A stretch of 63,692 nucleotides of DNA, filler included, from Octopus bimaculoides (Eukaryota): assembly GCF_001194135.2 (NCBI RefSeq). It is 6 parts of 4 records of this genome, joined end to end, with 100 filler letters (N's around TTAATTAATTAA, not from the genome) between each part and the next. Parts side by side here need not be neighbours in the genome. Positions count along the whole stretch, not along the records: positions 1 to 9,706 come from NC_069005.1; positions 9,807 to 16,563 come from NC_068983.1; 4 more parts are not named here. One strand, written 5' to 3'. The stretch's first letter is position 1, and each line of letters starts with the position of its first letter. Shown in pieces: positions 1 through 12,400 of the stretch. Made by a program: the position numbers and the translations under genes. The notes beneath the pieces were generated by a model. That model did no database searches and was not told where the DNA came from. It worked only from the letters and a program-made list of their open reading frames with translations.

Positions 1-655
1 GTATGGCAGGCACTAGCGTAAATTCAAACAGCCAAAATGTTTGGTGTATCAAGAAGTACAGTCTCGAAAGTAATGACAGCCTTTGAGAAAGAGGGAAAGA
101 CCTCCTCGTCGAAACAAAACTCCGGAAGAAAATCAAACCTTTTAGATAGGGATCGTCGGACTCTTACGGGAATTGTTAGAAAGAATCACAAAGTACAGCT
201 CCCAAAATCACTACAGAGCTTAATGACCACCTTGAGAAAGCAGTTTCCACAAAAACTGTTCGCTGGGAGCTGCACCAAGCCAGATTTCACGGGAGGGATG
301 CAATCAGAAAACCACCACTTTCAAACACAAACATTGCAAAGTGTTTAGAGTGGAGTAAAAACCTGCAGAATTGGTCCCTAGAGCAGTGAAAGAATGTTAT
401 TTTCTTGGAGAGTCATCCTTTACTCTATTTCTGACCACCGACCGAATATACATGTGGAGACAGCTAAAAGCATTTGACCCAGACTGCCTTCTTCCAACTG
501 TTAAAAGTGGAGGAGGATATGTGATGATCTAGTGGGTGGGGGCTATATCTTCGAAATCCACCGGCCCAATGGTTTCCCTTCATGGCAGAATTAATAGTCA
601 AGACTATTTAGGCATTTTATCTGATCAAATTCATCCTATGGTTGCGGAACAATCT
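1..655 (+). pseudogene. Tc1-family transposase, frameshifted fragment (5' part outside window)
   Basis: HTH-like FGVSRSTVSKVMTAFEKEGKT..SGRKS..DRDRRTL. After frameshifts: VIF-ESSFTLF..RIYMWRQ and LPTVKSGGGYVMI*W-GAISSKSTGPMVSLHGRINSQDYLGIL, typical Tc1 DDE-region motifs. Stops and frameshifts present. Confidence 0.9.
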
Positions 656-1030
656 TCACAGAAATCCGGAGTGGAGCCCTGTAGGCGGTTTAGTGTTCGA
701 CTCGACACTCTTCCCGTAGCTTCTGCAACCAAACTGGTGCCAAACGTAATGCTCTGCACTCCTTTGGACTACGTCAGCAAGGTCGAGAGAAGAATCCTGA
801 TGATTGGACTACCCAGGATTTTCTTACATCTAGCCCAGGCCTGCGCAAAACTGGAGGAGATGACATGAAATGTAAAAACAAGACTGGGTTATTTTATGCG
901 CAACTCCATTGTCTCCCAATACAAAAGGATGCTAACAACAATATTTTATTATTCACCCACTTCCCATTTTTGATGGGGGGGGGGGGAATCCGATCAATTT
1001 GATATTTTTCTCTTTGCATTTATTTTCAGG

Positions 1031-1130
1031 AACTCCGTATGTGGAGCTCAGCCACTTGCACGTTAATTTCACAAGCAGGTTGTCCCATTGATCGGATCAA
1101 CCGGAACCCTCGTCGTCGTCGCAACCGACG
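1031..1130 (+). mobile_element. SINE 3' fragment (same family as 4891-5043)
   Basis: Near-identical to 4945-5043: ctcagccacttgcacg...gatcggatcaac(c/t)ggaaccctcgtc. Confidence 0.7.
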
Positions 1131-3390
1131 GTGTTTATATATATGTATATATAAATCGACCTAGTTTTCAATTTCTTAAATTTTTGTTCCAATTGATTTC
1201 ATATTTGATGTGTTGATGTAGTTTTGTATGGTAATCATTGACAGGGAATTTCATTTTGGCCATAAATCAATAAATAAAGAGTTAAAAGCTTTTAAAGTTT
1301 GCAAATTTTCGGTAATTTTGACCAATTGAAAGCCACAGGCATATAGCTGCCTGTTTCCATAGTAAGAAGCTAAGCAGTTACGGAGCTACTTACTCATGAT
1401 CATTTTCGCTTATTAAATGCTAGAAGTACAGGTGGTAATGAAATGTGCAAAAAAATAGTTGCTAAATAGGCCTTAAGTCATTTTTTTTCTTTTTTGCATA
1501 ACCGTATGAATTCCCGTGTATAGAATACAAATTCCCTAAAGTTTTCTGAAAAGTTCCAAAAATAAAAAAAAAGTTATGAGAGGTTATATGGCGTGTGTAA
1601 AGCAGAATTCCGACAATATTTCATTTGTTTACAGTTGACAACATGTTCAGTCGCACACAAAATGACAGCTTCCAAATCCTGTTTTCTGACTGGTTAGAAA
1701 TTATCAAATTTTAAACTTCCATAACTTGTATTTAAAATTTTTTTCTAGAAAAAGTGAATCAGCCCCTGAAATTCAGAGTCAATACACCAAATTTTAAAAT
1801 TTTCACCAAACTTAAAATTTCCAAAGGTATAGCCCAAACAAAAAAGATCCCTCACACTTATTGCAACGGTCCTTCAGTTTTTCTAAGGCCTGTAAAAGAA
1901 CTCAGAAGGTTGAGCCTCCAACCAGGCCTTTCGCAATATCTTTAAGGCTAGGAACTTTTAGCACCCCTCATGTGTGGTGTGTGGTGTGTGTGTGTGTGTG
2001 TGTGTGTGTATACATACAGACATGCATGCATTTGCATGTTTGGATGTGTCTATGTACGTATTTTTATGCGTGACTGTGGCCCTTTCGCCGTCAGACCTAA
2101 TACAGTACGCTAGTTTTGAAACTAATAAATATCCAACATTTCCCCCTCTTAAAAATATCATTAATCACAATAAACCAAAACAATACCATTATAACTTCTT
2201 TCCACAAATCCTGCATTTTCTCAAGAAATTTGATAAAGACCTGGTTTCTTTTATTTACGATACGAGCCATAATGACATTTTCCCCCTCTTTGATGGCGTT
2301 TAGGAGGTCGGTCAGTGTCTGTATTTAAAACTAATGTTTTATTACCTAGTTCGCTATCTAGATATCTATCTGTCTGCCTATTCGTTTGTCTGTATGAGTG
2401 TATGTATGTATGTATGTTTCAACTATATAGCAGCCCCGATTCTAGGTTTAGGCTCAAAACGTTTCAGACACCCTTCGTACGTATGTACGCATGTATGTGT
2501 GAATGTGTGTATGTATGCATGTATGTGTGAATGTACGTGTGTATGTATGTGTGTATGTGTGTGTATGTATGTGTGTATGAATGCGTGTATGTATATGTGG
2601 GTATCTATGTATGTTATGTATGTATGTATGTTTGTATATATGCATACATGTATCTGTATATGTATGTATGCATCTGTATATACATATATACTAAGCATAC
2701 ATATATCAAGGGCTGAACAGAAAGAATACAAGGAGAAAGTTAGAGGAAAGCAGAGTAAATGGGGAAGTAGACGAAAACTAAACGGACAGGAAATTAGACA
2801 ACAACACGATACACGGAACATTCGCAGCTTAGATTTCCTCTTCAGTTAAAGACGCAAAATATCACAGCAGTTTCATGCCAATTACCTTTGATACTGCTCA
2901 GTTTTGCAGACACCAATGCTTTTATTAAGCTACTGGAAAAAGCTAGCGAATGTGTGCTAAGACAAAAACAAACAAAGCGTTAACGAATTATGCATATATA
3001 ACAGCCCGAAGCCTTACGGCTATATACAAACGAAGAAAAAATAATACTTAACAGTTTTGTTTACAATTCCTAATAATATTTAATTATCAAAATACATGAT
3101 TTTTTAGACATCGGATGACTAGGAGAGTACACCCAAGTAAAATAGGACTCAAAGGAGTCCATGAGTGAAAAATGGTTGAGAGACACTGGTCTGAACCAAC
3201 ATTTTGGATAGATAAGAATTCTCAACCAGAAATATAAAGCTACAGAAGATCGTTGACATTTTTATTGGGTTCTAATGCAGCTGGTGATTGCAAACTTTTA
3301 TATCCTGCCACAAGTTATATATATATAATTAGGTAGCGGAGGTTTAATCAATGTGTTCACACGACATAGTTCGCGAGACTACCAAAACGC

Positions 3391-4870
3391 TCTTATTCTT
3401 TTTATTGGCCACACAGGGCTTAACACAGAGGGGACAGTACATGGTACAATGTGAGCTTTTATGTCCGAGTTTTCCACAATCAAAGTGGGGTAAAAAAAAC
3501 GAAAGAAAAAGATGTTGAAAAATGAAAAATGAAATGAACGGTGGCACGACTGAGCAGTTTCATTGAATCTTTTTTTACAACACATTAAATTGCATTTTTC
3601 CCCCTTCTAAAACATCATCTACACTATTAAAATACTCTGATAACAATTAGTTCTATGTTGGATACGCAATTACATGCTTCTTTTTTTTGTACACAAAACG
3701 TTACTTATGCCGTTAAAACATCACTGTGATAATCACTGTTCAAAATTGAGTCAAAACTTCAAGGTTACAACCACCTTTCGTTCGTATTGTCCCTGGGTAA
3801 ATTTCACTCAATCTTACCTTAGGCCGTAACGAGTTCAGGTCGACGTCTTTTCCTGTGTAGTAGACATTTCTCCTGTTCTGGTCTTTTAACTTGTGATAAT
3901 TTTCCATCAATATGAGGGAACACCTTACACTCGGTTGTAACCCCTCACAATCCTTCGTGTCCACCTTTATATCAGAGTTCACCATCTCAACTTCTTTTCT
4001 CACTGGAACCTTTGCACTGTTGTATAAAACAATTAGGTACCTTTCCATGGGTGGGTGATTGGGAATTTGTGGCTCTTCTTTGCTTGCATTATTTATGTTC
4101 ATGCCTGGTGGGGTAAAGAGAGAGCTGGTGTCTGCAGGGGAAGAGGGGTTTGGGGTGTGGAGCGGGAGAGGAGGGACGGGAATGGGTTGGGGTTCTTCCT
4201 CGCTCGTTTGCTGTTTTCTTCTTTTCCTCTTCCTCTTGCCCACCTCTGTCCATTCTGATGATTTTTCTTTTGTACTCCTGGTTTTTCGTTTCCATCCTTC
4301 TCAGTTCTTGATGTTACGACTGTTGGAGACACGGTCTCCACTGGAGCTTCTTTTGGTCCTTCTACAGGGTAGGGAGCACCTGGCCCTTATGTGTTCCAAC
4401 TGTCCACAGTTGTAACACCTCGGCCTCCTGCCTTCCACCACAACCCAAAGTCTCACCTCGACTCCCACCGTTATGGTGTTGACCATTTCTTCCATGTCCT
4501 CTAAGGCACCCTGGATTATTATCTCCAGAATGTGTCCAAGCCAATTCTTCGCTGGTACCTTTGTCGCCTGTAGGATTGAAATCCTTTCCTCGAAGCCCAT
4601 TAAAATTGCTGCTATTATCCAGTTTAAGTCCACCTCCGGTGGTATTCCTTCCACCTTTACCCTAGATGTACGTCTACTACCAAAAACGCGCTCTCCGACT
4701 ACTACCAACCACTACTCTATGAGTTCGGCTAGTCCATTTTTCCAATCCGCCAGGGGTGTCAATGAGTCTTGTCACAATACAAACTTAGGACTACTTTTGT
4801 TGACATTTTTGAAAAACCTACAACTTTACTCGGTTATTTATTCAAAATCCACTGAGCGGGCAAAAATGAG
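3391..4870 (-). mobile_element. ORF1-only non-LTR retroelement (half-L1/HAL1-like architecture)
   Basis: About 1.5 kb: gag-like ORF followed directly by a 3' UTR ending in AATAAA (+ strand tttatt 3401-3406) and an A-rich tail. No endonuclease or RT sequence in between. Confidence 0.6.
3740..4708 (-). pseudogene. Gag/ORF1-like nucleic-acid-binding protein with CCHC zinc knuckle; one in-frame stop
   Basis: Track ORFs 4301-4708 and 3740-4243 are in the same frame, separated only by TGA at 4301-4303. Contains CYNCGQLEHIRARC (CX2CX4HX4C), basic KRKRKRRK and a Pro-rich linker. Confidence 0.8.
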
Positions 4871-4890
4871 TTGTACTTGTAATTAAAAAG

Positions 4891-5043
4891 GACCCAGCCT
4901 TGTCACGTTGAATCACCATGAAAACTACGTTAAGGGTAAGCGTGTCTGTGGAGTGCTCAGCCACTTGCACGATTCTTTCACGAGCAGGTTGTTCCGTTGA
5001 TCGGATCAACTGGAACCCTCGTCATCGTAACCGACTGAGTGCC
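4891..5043 (+). mobile_element. SINE 3' part
   Basis: Second copy of the 1031-1130 sequence, extended 5'. Confidence 0.7.
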
Positions 5044-5140
5044 AGTTGATGTATAGACGTTAGGGAACTGTGTTGTATGTGATACTCAGAATGGGCAAAG
5101 GGTTAACCGAAAGGGATTTTGATATGCAATTTAGCATTTA

Positions 5141-5539
5141 CAGGTCGTCGTCCACTTACGACCGATCGATATTACGACGATTGGCGTACCAGCTCATGAC
5201 AGCAATAATAAATAGTCCAGTTGAAATCTAATGGGATTAATTTCTTGCAAATTAACCCGTCTATGGATGATGTTAGCTAACAAACACTTCCCCTAGGTTT
5301 GGTCATCGATTGCCACTGTATTAGATGACTATCCTGTCGTAGCGACATCGAGGAAACTTCGTATGTGTTTATAAGACGACTGCTTGAGACTCCGAAATTT
5401 TTTACTACCGCCAGTATTATAGTATATAATACAGAATGCTGTGTGTGACTTTTTCCTGAGAATGTGCCAATATACAACAAAAACCGACTTACGGCCAGTC
5501 ACTCGGAACCAATTGTGGTCGTAAGTCGACGACGACTTG
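5141..5539. mobile_element. Tigger/pogo-like MITE with 23-bp TIRs and TA target duplication
   Basis: TA|CAGGTCGTCGTCCACTTACGACC (5141-5163) versus GGTCGTAAGTCGACGACGACTTG|TA (5517-5539), 2 mismatches. Subterminal cgacttacg repeat at about 5485. Confidence 0.85.
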
Positions 5540-6186
5540 TATTAATTTCTGCCGAATGAATGAAGCAGGTTATAAAAATGAAGACTTCGAGGAACTACGT
5601 AGGAATGTTGTCCTTTTATAAAAGATGTTACACTGTAATTTATCAAACNNNNNNNNNNNNNNNNNNNNNNNNNNNNNNNNNNNNNNNNNNNNNNNNNNNN
5701 NNNNNNNNNNNNNNNNNNNNNNNNNNNNNNNNNNNNNNNNNNNNNNNNNNNNNNNNNNNNNNNNNNNNNNNNNNNNNNNNNNNNNNNNNNNNNNNNNNNN
5801 NNNNNNNNNNNNNNNNNNNNNNNNNNNNNNNNNNNNNNNNNNNNNNNNNNNNNNNNNNNNNNNNNNNNNNNNNNNNNNNNNNNNNNNNNNNNNNNNNNNN
5901 NNNNNNNNNNNNNNNNNNNNNNNNNNNNNNNNNNNNNNNNNNNNNNNNNNNNNNNNNNNNNNNNNNNNNNNNNNNNNNNNNNNNNNNNNNNNNNNNNNNN
6001 NNNNNNNNNNNNNNNNNNNNNNNNNNNNNNNNNNNNNNNNNNNNNNNNNNNNNNNNNNNNNNNNNNNNNNNNNNNNNNNNNNNNNNNNNNNNNNNNNNNN
6101 NNNNNNNNNNNNNNNNNNNNNNNNNNNNNNNNNNNNNNNNNNNNNNNNNNNNNNNNNNNAAACCGCGACGGGTTGGGGTAATATTT

Positions 6187-6902
6187 GATCCTTTCACCCG
6201 CAAATTTTCACCAAGAAAAAAAAAAATCGGATTTTTTGCGTGGAATCAAGTACCCTGACCTCCTAATATGCTGCAAATCCCTTAGTTTTGATCGGAGAAA
6301 AAAGGGGGGAACCGGACCGCCATCCCCTATCCCAGAATCATTGGAAATTTTTTTTTTCGTTGAATGAATTCTGGCGACCTAATATGCTACAAAACCCTTT
6401 TTTGTGATCCGGAAAACGGGGTGGGGTGAGGTGGAAACCGCGGAAATTTCACCTCCACCCCACCCCCATTGATCTTTTCACTCGCATGATTTTCACTAAG
6501 AAAAAAAAAATAACTCGGATTTTTTGCGTGGTATCAAGTACCCTGACCTTCTAATATGCTGCAAATCTCCCCCACACACTTTTTTCCGAACAAAAATAAG
6601 GGATTTGCAGCATATTAGGTGGTCAGGTTGCTTGATTCCACGCAAATTTTCGAGGCTTCCACCTCACCCCACCCCGTTTTCCGAACCCAAAAAGGGTTTT
6701 GTAGTATATTAGGAAGTCAGTGGAATTCATTCAATGAATAAAAAAAAAATTCCAATGATTCCGGGATGGGGGGGCGCCCCCACTTCTTTCTTCCAAACAA
6801 AAATAAGGGATTTATAGCATATTAGGAGGTCAGGGTACTTGGTTCCACGCAAAAAAATCCGAGTTTTTTCTTCTTAATGAAAATCGTGCGGGTGGAAGGA
6901 TC
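6187..6902. repeat. Foldback element built from nested inverted modules
   Basis: 6187-6448 is the imperfect reverse complement of 6640-6902. The centre holds a third copy of the arm start (6471-6570) and an inverted module (6585-6646). Confidence 0.85.
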
Positions 6903-7489
6903 AGAAAAGCATGAGAGGTAAAAAGAGTTAATTTCGGCCGATATGTGTGTATACACGTCTTTATTATAGTAATAAGCCATAGATAGTGATAGCATGATGT
7001 TGTAAGAGAAAAGGAACTGATCTAGTGAAAGTTATAGAGAGAGTCAAGGGAGGTTGTGTCTCATAGTTGACTGGTTGTAACCTTCTTTCTCCCTCTGGCC
7101 GTTTGGTCTCTAGTGACTGCCTACTTGTGACCATGACTCTAGTTGGTCTCTGTTCACTGACTGATGGTCGCTCTCACTTACTGGTTTTGCCTTACCAAAT
7201 TCTAGTATTTGTAACTATCCAAAACCAGCCAGAAGGATAAACATTGTTGAGAACAATAGATTTCGTTGGTGGTACCTGTCATCTCAATTCTAACTTTTGA
7301 TGGCCTAGAAGAGGTTAGAAGGGTCAAGCAGCAAAAACATTATTCTGCTTAGCGAAGGCATCTGGCAAATGTAACTGCTGTCACTCACAGAAAAACTATT
7401 GTTTTACCGCGAGAAAAGTCCTGTTGAACTGTTAAATGAAATTTGGCTAACCAGGATCGAATCCACTTTATGCCTGCAGGAAGCCACTA

Positions 7490-7746
7490 CAGATAGATAG
7501 ATAGATAGATAGATAGACAAACATAGATAGACAGACAGACAGAGATAGATAGACAGTCAGACAGAGCTAGCTAGATAGATAGACAGGCAGAGACAGATAG
7601 ATAGATAGACAGATAGGTAAATAGAGAGAGAGAAAGAGAGAGATAGACAGACAGATAGGTAAATAGAGAGAGAGATAAACAGATAGACAGACAGACAGAC
7701 AGACAGATGGATATAAATAGATAGAGAGAGAGAGAGAGAGAGAGAG
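7490..7746. repeat. Compound (GATA)n/(GACA)n/(GA)n microsatellite; representative of many in the window
   Basis: Direct reading. Similar tracts at 39900-40210. (TA)n, (CA)n and (CATA)n tracts occur throughout. Confidence 0.95.
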
Positions 7747-8892
7747 CAGTTTAGGGTACGTGTGACATATACACACAAATAAACAATAAAACAGGCAGTT
7801 GTAGTATACACAATGCATAGAGAGAAATCTTCGAATGTCATTCATTTATGTTAGACAGAAAGAAAGGCTAACAGTTAAGTAGGCAGATAAAAAGATAGTG
7901 GAGCGTCTTTCGTGGACGAGTAGGGCAAGGTCAGCAGCAAATGACCATTCGAGTGAAAGGCAGCTCTCAATGATTTATGGTAATAACAACAAACCCCACT
8001 ATGATGGGTTCGCGGCTATCGTAGTCTTTATTTATTTTTAAATTTAACTATTTATTTTACCCCTGTCCATGTACTGACTGCCAGAATGAACGGTCCCGTC
8101 TCAGAAGTTTTATTAGTTTCCAAGACAGTCACTTTTCTATTGGAGCTTGGCACTACAGTTATAACATGCTGCGATTGTATTTTCTTGCGCTGATTATTTT
8201 ATAAGGGATAACCAAGGAAGTAGCAAGGTATGTGAAAAATTCTACTTCTTTGTTTATAAACAATTTAGGTTATCATCTTTACTGCGTCTGTTTGTGTGAA
8301 AATATTCTTGTTAATCTCAATAGCTCAACATCTTAATCTCTCGTGTTGTAATCTTCGATAAATAACCCATATATATATATATATATANNNNNNNNNNTAT
8401 ATATATATATATATTTATATACATATATTGTTTATTAAATTTTATTTATATATAATGTGTGTGTGTATGTAGGTTTGATATAACAAAAATTCAACACATT
8501 GTTTAAAAATTATATTTAATGGACAGAAAGTTATAAAAGTGATTTAAGCGCATGGCACTTATCAAACTTTGAAAAGTGCCAGAGACCTTTCCTTTCGGGC
8601 TTTGGGTTTCTTTAGCAACTTTCAGCAGGTGAAAATTAATTTATAAATACATGTAACATATATACTCAATCGTACATCTCTCTCTCACACACACGTGCGT
8701 TTGGATATATTTACCACCTGTCAATGTTTTCACTCGCTCACTCCGTTCTTAACACGTTTGCTCTATACCTACAATCTTAGAATTTCGTTTCCTCGATTTT
8801 CATTTTTTTTTAAAAAAGATAAATAAATTTTTGTCTTAACAGTTGAGCCTACAAAACTCAAAACTGCAAACCGTATAATCCTGATAAGGGGC

Positions 8893-9460
8893 TGCAGTTT
8901 CGCACCTCTCCTTGAAAAATGCATTTTTTTAAAACAAATTTTTTGGATTCCCACGTTTTAGATGCGGAGATTACGAATATCTAAAAAAAAGGCACTGTCA
9001 TGGTATTAGCTGTCAGAATTGAAAGTAGAACTGAGCCAAAGAATCAACTCAAACCAGCAGTAACGTTCCTTGTGAGATTTTTCTACTTTCACTTCTGACA
9101 GTGCCAGTTTAATAATTAATGTTATAAAATTTAATAAGGGGCTCCCCCTTCACCAATTTTAAGTTTTGAACTTTGTCATCCATTTATTTGTCTATCTATT
9201 TATCTATTTATCCCTGTCCGTTTATTCTTAGAATATATTTGTCAACTAAATGTGGTGGTCCTATAGAAGACGGTGTTACTGTTGTTTTTAGTCCCAGGAA
9301 AACATTCATATCTATCTATCCATCTCTATATACACATATCTATATGCTTATTGAAATTAAAATTTTGAAAACGTGGTTTCTTGCATATTCGGAATCTCCG
9401 TCATCTAAAACATAGGGATAAAAAGTTCAAAATTTTAAGAGGGAGGGGTTTATTTTTTAT

Positions 9461-9497
<37 letters not shown>

Positions 9498-9592
9498 TTG
9501 CATATTCGTAATCTCCGACATCTAAAACGTAGGAATCCGAAAAAAAATTTTTTCTAAAAGATGCATTTTTCAAGGAGAGGTGCGAAACTGCA
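8893..9592. mobile_element. Non-autonomous DNA element (MITE-like) with about 90-bp inverted termini
   Basis: 8893-8980 (tgcagtttcgcacctctccttgaaaaatgca...gattacgaatat) is the reverse complement of 9502-9592. A partial extra copy of the arm lies at about 9385-9415. Confidence 0.8.
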
Positions 9593-9750
9593 TTAGCCTC
9601 CCTCCCCTGATAAATAGGTAAAGTATTGCAGGAGGAAAGTGACTCGAAACTTCTCAAAACATTTTTTAAAATCTATCAAAATGGTCGTAGTGAGCAACAC
9701 CTTCGANNNNNNNNNNNNNNNNNNNNNNNNNNNNNNNNNNNNNNNNNNNN

Positions 9751-9762
9751 TTAATTAATTAA
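9751..9762. other. Artificial assembly spacer TTAATTAATTAA between two 44-N runs
   Basis: Identical N44-TTAATTAATTAA-N44 100-nt blocks at 9707, 16564, 21467, 29461 and 52259. The 12-mer gives stops in all six frames. Confidence 0.95.
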
Positions 9763-9806
9763 NNNNNNNNNNNNNNNNNNNNNNNNNNNNNNNNNNNNNN
9801 NNNNNN

Positions 9807-10440
9807 ATGCTTCAAACAGTTTACAAGGCCACTGCCATGAGCAAAACACAAGTTTACGAGTGATTTTCACGCTTTAGGAATAGTCACTTGTCGCTTGAGG
9901 ACCAACCTCGTTCAGGGCGACCGTCGACCGCCCGAACGAATGAAAACATCATGAACTAATCTTGGAGGACCGTCACCAAACAACTGACGAACTTATTGAT
10001 AAGACTAGTGTGTCATGGAGCTCCTGCCAATGAATTTTGAGCGAGGAATTGCGAATGAAAAGGGTTGCAGCAAAATTTGTGCCTCGCTTGTTCACGGAAG
10101 ATCAAAAGCAGCCACGACTGAATGCGAGTCGTGAACTGAAAGAATAGTTGAAAGTTGATTCGGATCTTTTTTCGAAGGTCAACGCTGGTGACCAAAGACG
10201 GTGCTACGGAATTTGCAGATGTGAAAGAGGTGAAGAAAAGAAGACGGGGGTTGTGGTGTGTGTTTTAAAAGGCATCACTTCGCAAGAGTTCCAGCACTGC
10301 TTCGAATAGGGGAAAACACTCCTGAACCGTTACATTGCTTTAAATGGAGAATACTTTGAAGGCATAAAAGTGTAAAGATGCAAAACTGAGTGAATGAAAT
10401 AATGTTGCAAAATTCCGGTTTCTTTTGGGTACCCCCCTCG
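9807..10440 (+). mobile_element. Mariner element, internally deleted, with right TIR
   Basis: MLQTVYKATAMSKTQVYE*FSRF..EDQPRSGRPST..KRVAAKFVPRLFTEDQKQ..GD joins directly to the C-terminal FADVKEV..EFQHCFE..NGEYFEG. TIR-like ttccggtttcttttgggtacccccctcg at 10413-10440. Confidence 0.85.
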
Positions 10441-11149
10441 CATGCATGTGCTAATCAGTTCGTATATCCATTAGACTCCAAGAGGCGTATTAAACAAAAG
10501 AGCCTTGCTACTTTGTTTAGTGACCAACTGGAATTCTGCAAAGAAAACGTCTTAAACAAATCCCCTCAAAATAACAGATATACATACATACATACATATA
10601 CACATGCGCAAACACATGCACAGGTAGAGGAAAGTATTATAATTGTTCAGTATAGACTTCTAGGACACACACACGTACTCTCACGCACACCACAAATTTA
10701 CACAGGATTTTCACAGTAGTTTCTGCTTGAATTATATAATTACTTTATTTTTGATGTAAGAATATTAATTAAGGATATATTCTGCTGAACTGATAAAACT
10801 TGACAACTTAAACTAATATTACGCAATTATTTTCGATCACTTTCAGTTTAGGCTACAATAAATATAAAGTGGTTGTTGAAATAGTGCAAAATATTAGCGT
10901 TAAATAGCTTAGTGACTTCTGTGGTATATGCGTAGTGAAGATAAATGTTTTGGCTAGTTATAATGTTCTATAATCAATATATCGCACTCTGTTTACACCC
11001 TCAACATAAATTATTAATAATCAATAAGTCATGTTAATAAGCACATATCCAAGCAACACGATCGAAAGCGGTGTTACTCAGCTGGAGCTTAAAGCAATTT
11101 CACCATCAAAATAGCAAAATAAACTAAAATGAAAATGAAATATGAAAAT

Positions 11150-12400
11150 GTTAGAAAATAATTACTTACGGTTTCGAGCTGGTGATAAGAAAGAACGAAG
11201 TGGTATTTTTGTTCGTGTGTGTTGAACGTGGCAAAGTGTTAAGCAATATCAGCTTAAATACAACGAAACTGAAGCCACGTTTAGAGAAAAACCTTTGGAA
11301 TTTTTTAAATATCCAGAATATTTTAAAAGAAACTGTTCAAAATTTAATCATAGAAAAGCCCAATTTTCGTAATTTATGTAAATATAAAAAAAGTGCCATA
11401 CTTGTTTCATGTCACATTGACAATCAACAAGAAAAATCGGAAGAAGCACATACAACTTAAAAACATTTAAAACCATAAGCACAACATTTAATGGAACGAA
11501 TGGTAAAAATAAAATATGTCCAAAAATATCGAATACATACGGGTTTCTAAGGACAGTTTCAAAATCTGTTCATGAAAAGTCAAAGCTTTAAGAAGTTCTT
11601 TGTTACTAACAATGATTAGAATTAGTTCATTATCGATGCGAATGATGAAAGAGACAAAAGTCGTTCTTATGACGATAGTAATGAAGACATAATTTATTGA
11701 AGAAAAATTAAATATTGTGTAAACTGAATCCAGTTATTTACACTGATGGAGTTACAACCATACTAGGGAAATTGTCCAGTTCACAAGCAAGAATAAAAAT
11801 AAAAAATAAAATCAAAGCGTTCAAAGTATCCACTGTCTTCATCGTCGGTTACAAGCAGTGAAACATATGCAGTAAGATCCAAAATTAGTAATAAATGTTG
11901 CTGTAAAACTGGTTATTTTTATCAAATAGAGATATGGGAAGTCATTATGCAACTTTACTGCCGAATACTGAAGAACGCTGGTTTTCGAATATAAAAGTGT
12001 GGTTTAGTTTTTTGAATTGCGTGACGAAATTGTATTATTTCTATCAAAACATCCTTTTGAACTTTCAACTAAACTAAAGGATTTTCTATCATATATATAA
12101 CTGCAGTGTGCCAATATATGTTTTGAAAGTTTAAAGTAAAATGAATGCACTTACGTATCAACTAAAACTTTGAGGTGACCGTGTAGCTAGGTATGATGTT
12201 GAATGTTTTGAGAACCATAGTATATTTTTTCTACCACATTTTTTTAGTCAAAATACAAAAGATTTAGTTTTGTAAAGTTTATCTGGAATGTGTAAATCAA
12301 TAACTGCATTCCCCAGCTAAAATTGAAAAACAACATTGGGCTGACAACCCAATTATTGCCGTGTTAAACTTAAGCAATCTTTCACGGGAAGAAAGCAGCA
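11150..12400 (+). pseudogene. hAT (Charlie/Buster-like) transposase relic
   Basis: CVERGKVLSNISLNTTKLKPRLE + (frameshift) EKPLEFFK at 11218-11308 resembles the Buster BED region. TLLPNTEERWFS..FELRDEIVLFL at about 11952-12045 resembles LLLHTEVRWLSRG..FELRDEI. Confidence 0.7.

Noticed and set aside
655-870. GC-richer segment with CTGATGA inside an aatcctg/caggatt hairpin, abutting the Tc1 relic
   Set aside because: No GAAA core; probably an unclassified repeat fragment that I cannot assign.
1140-1830. AT-rich segment resembling a non-autonomous DNA element (also 2085-2340 and a hAT-like end at about 3160-3192)
   Set aside because: No matching pair of termini or TSD could be established by eye.
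2315-2849. Numerous MYVC/YIYI/THTH/SLSL and poly-K/L/N/M ORFs across the window
   Set aside because: Translations of di-, tri- and tetranucleotide repeats; no coding evidence.
3344-3547. ORF with CGKLGHKSSHC resembling a second zinc knuckle
   Set aside because: Lies in the 3' UTR of the ORF1-only element, lacks the first Cys spacing and is not connected to the main frame; probably chance.
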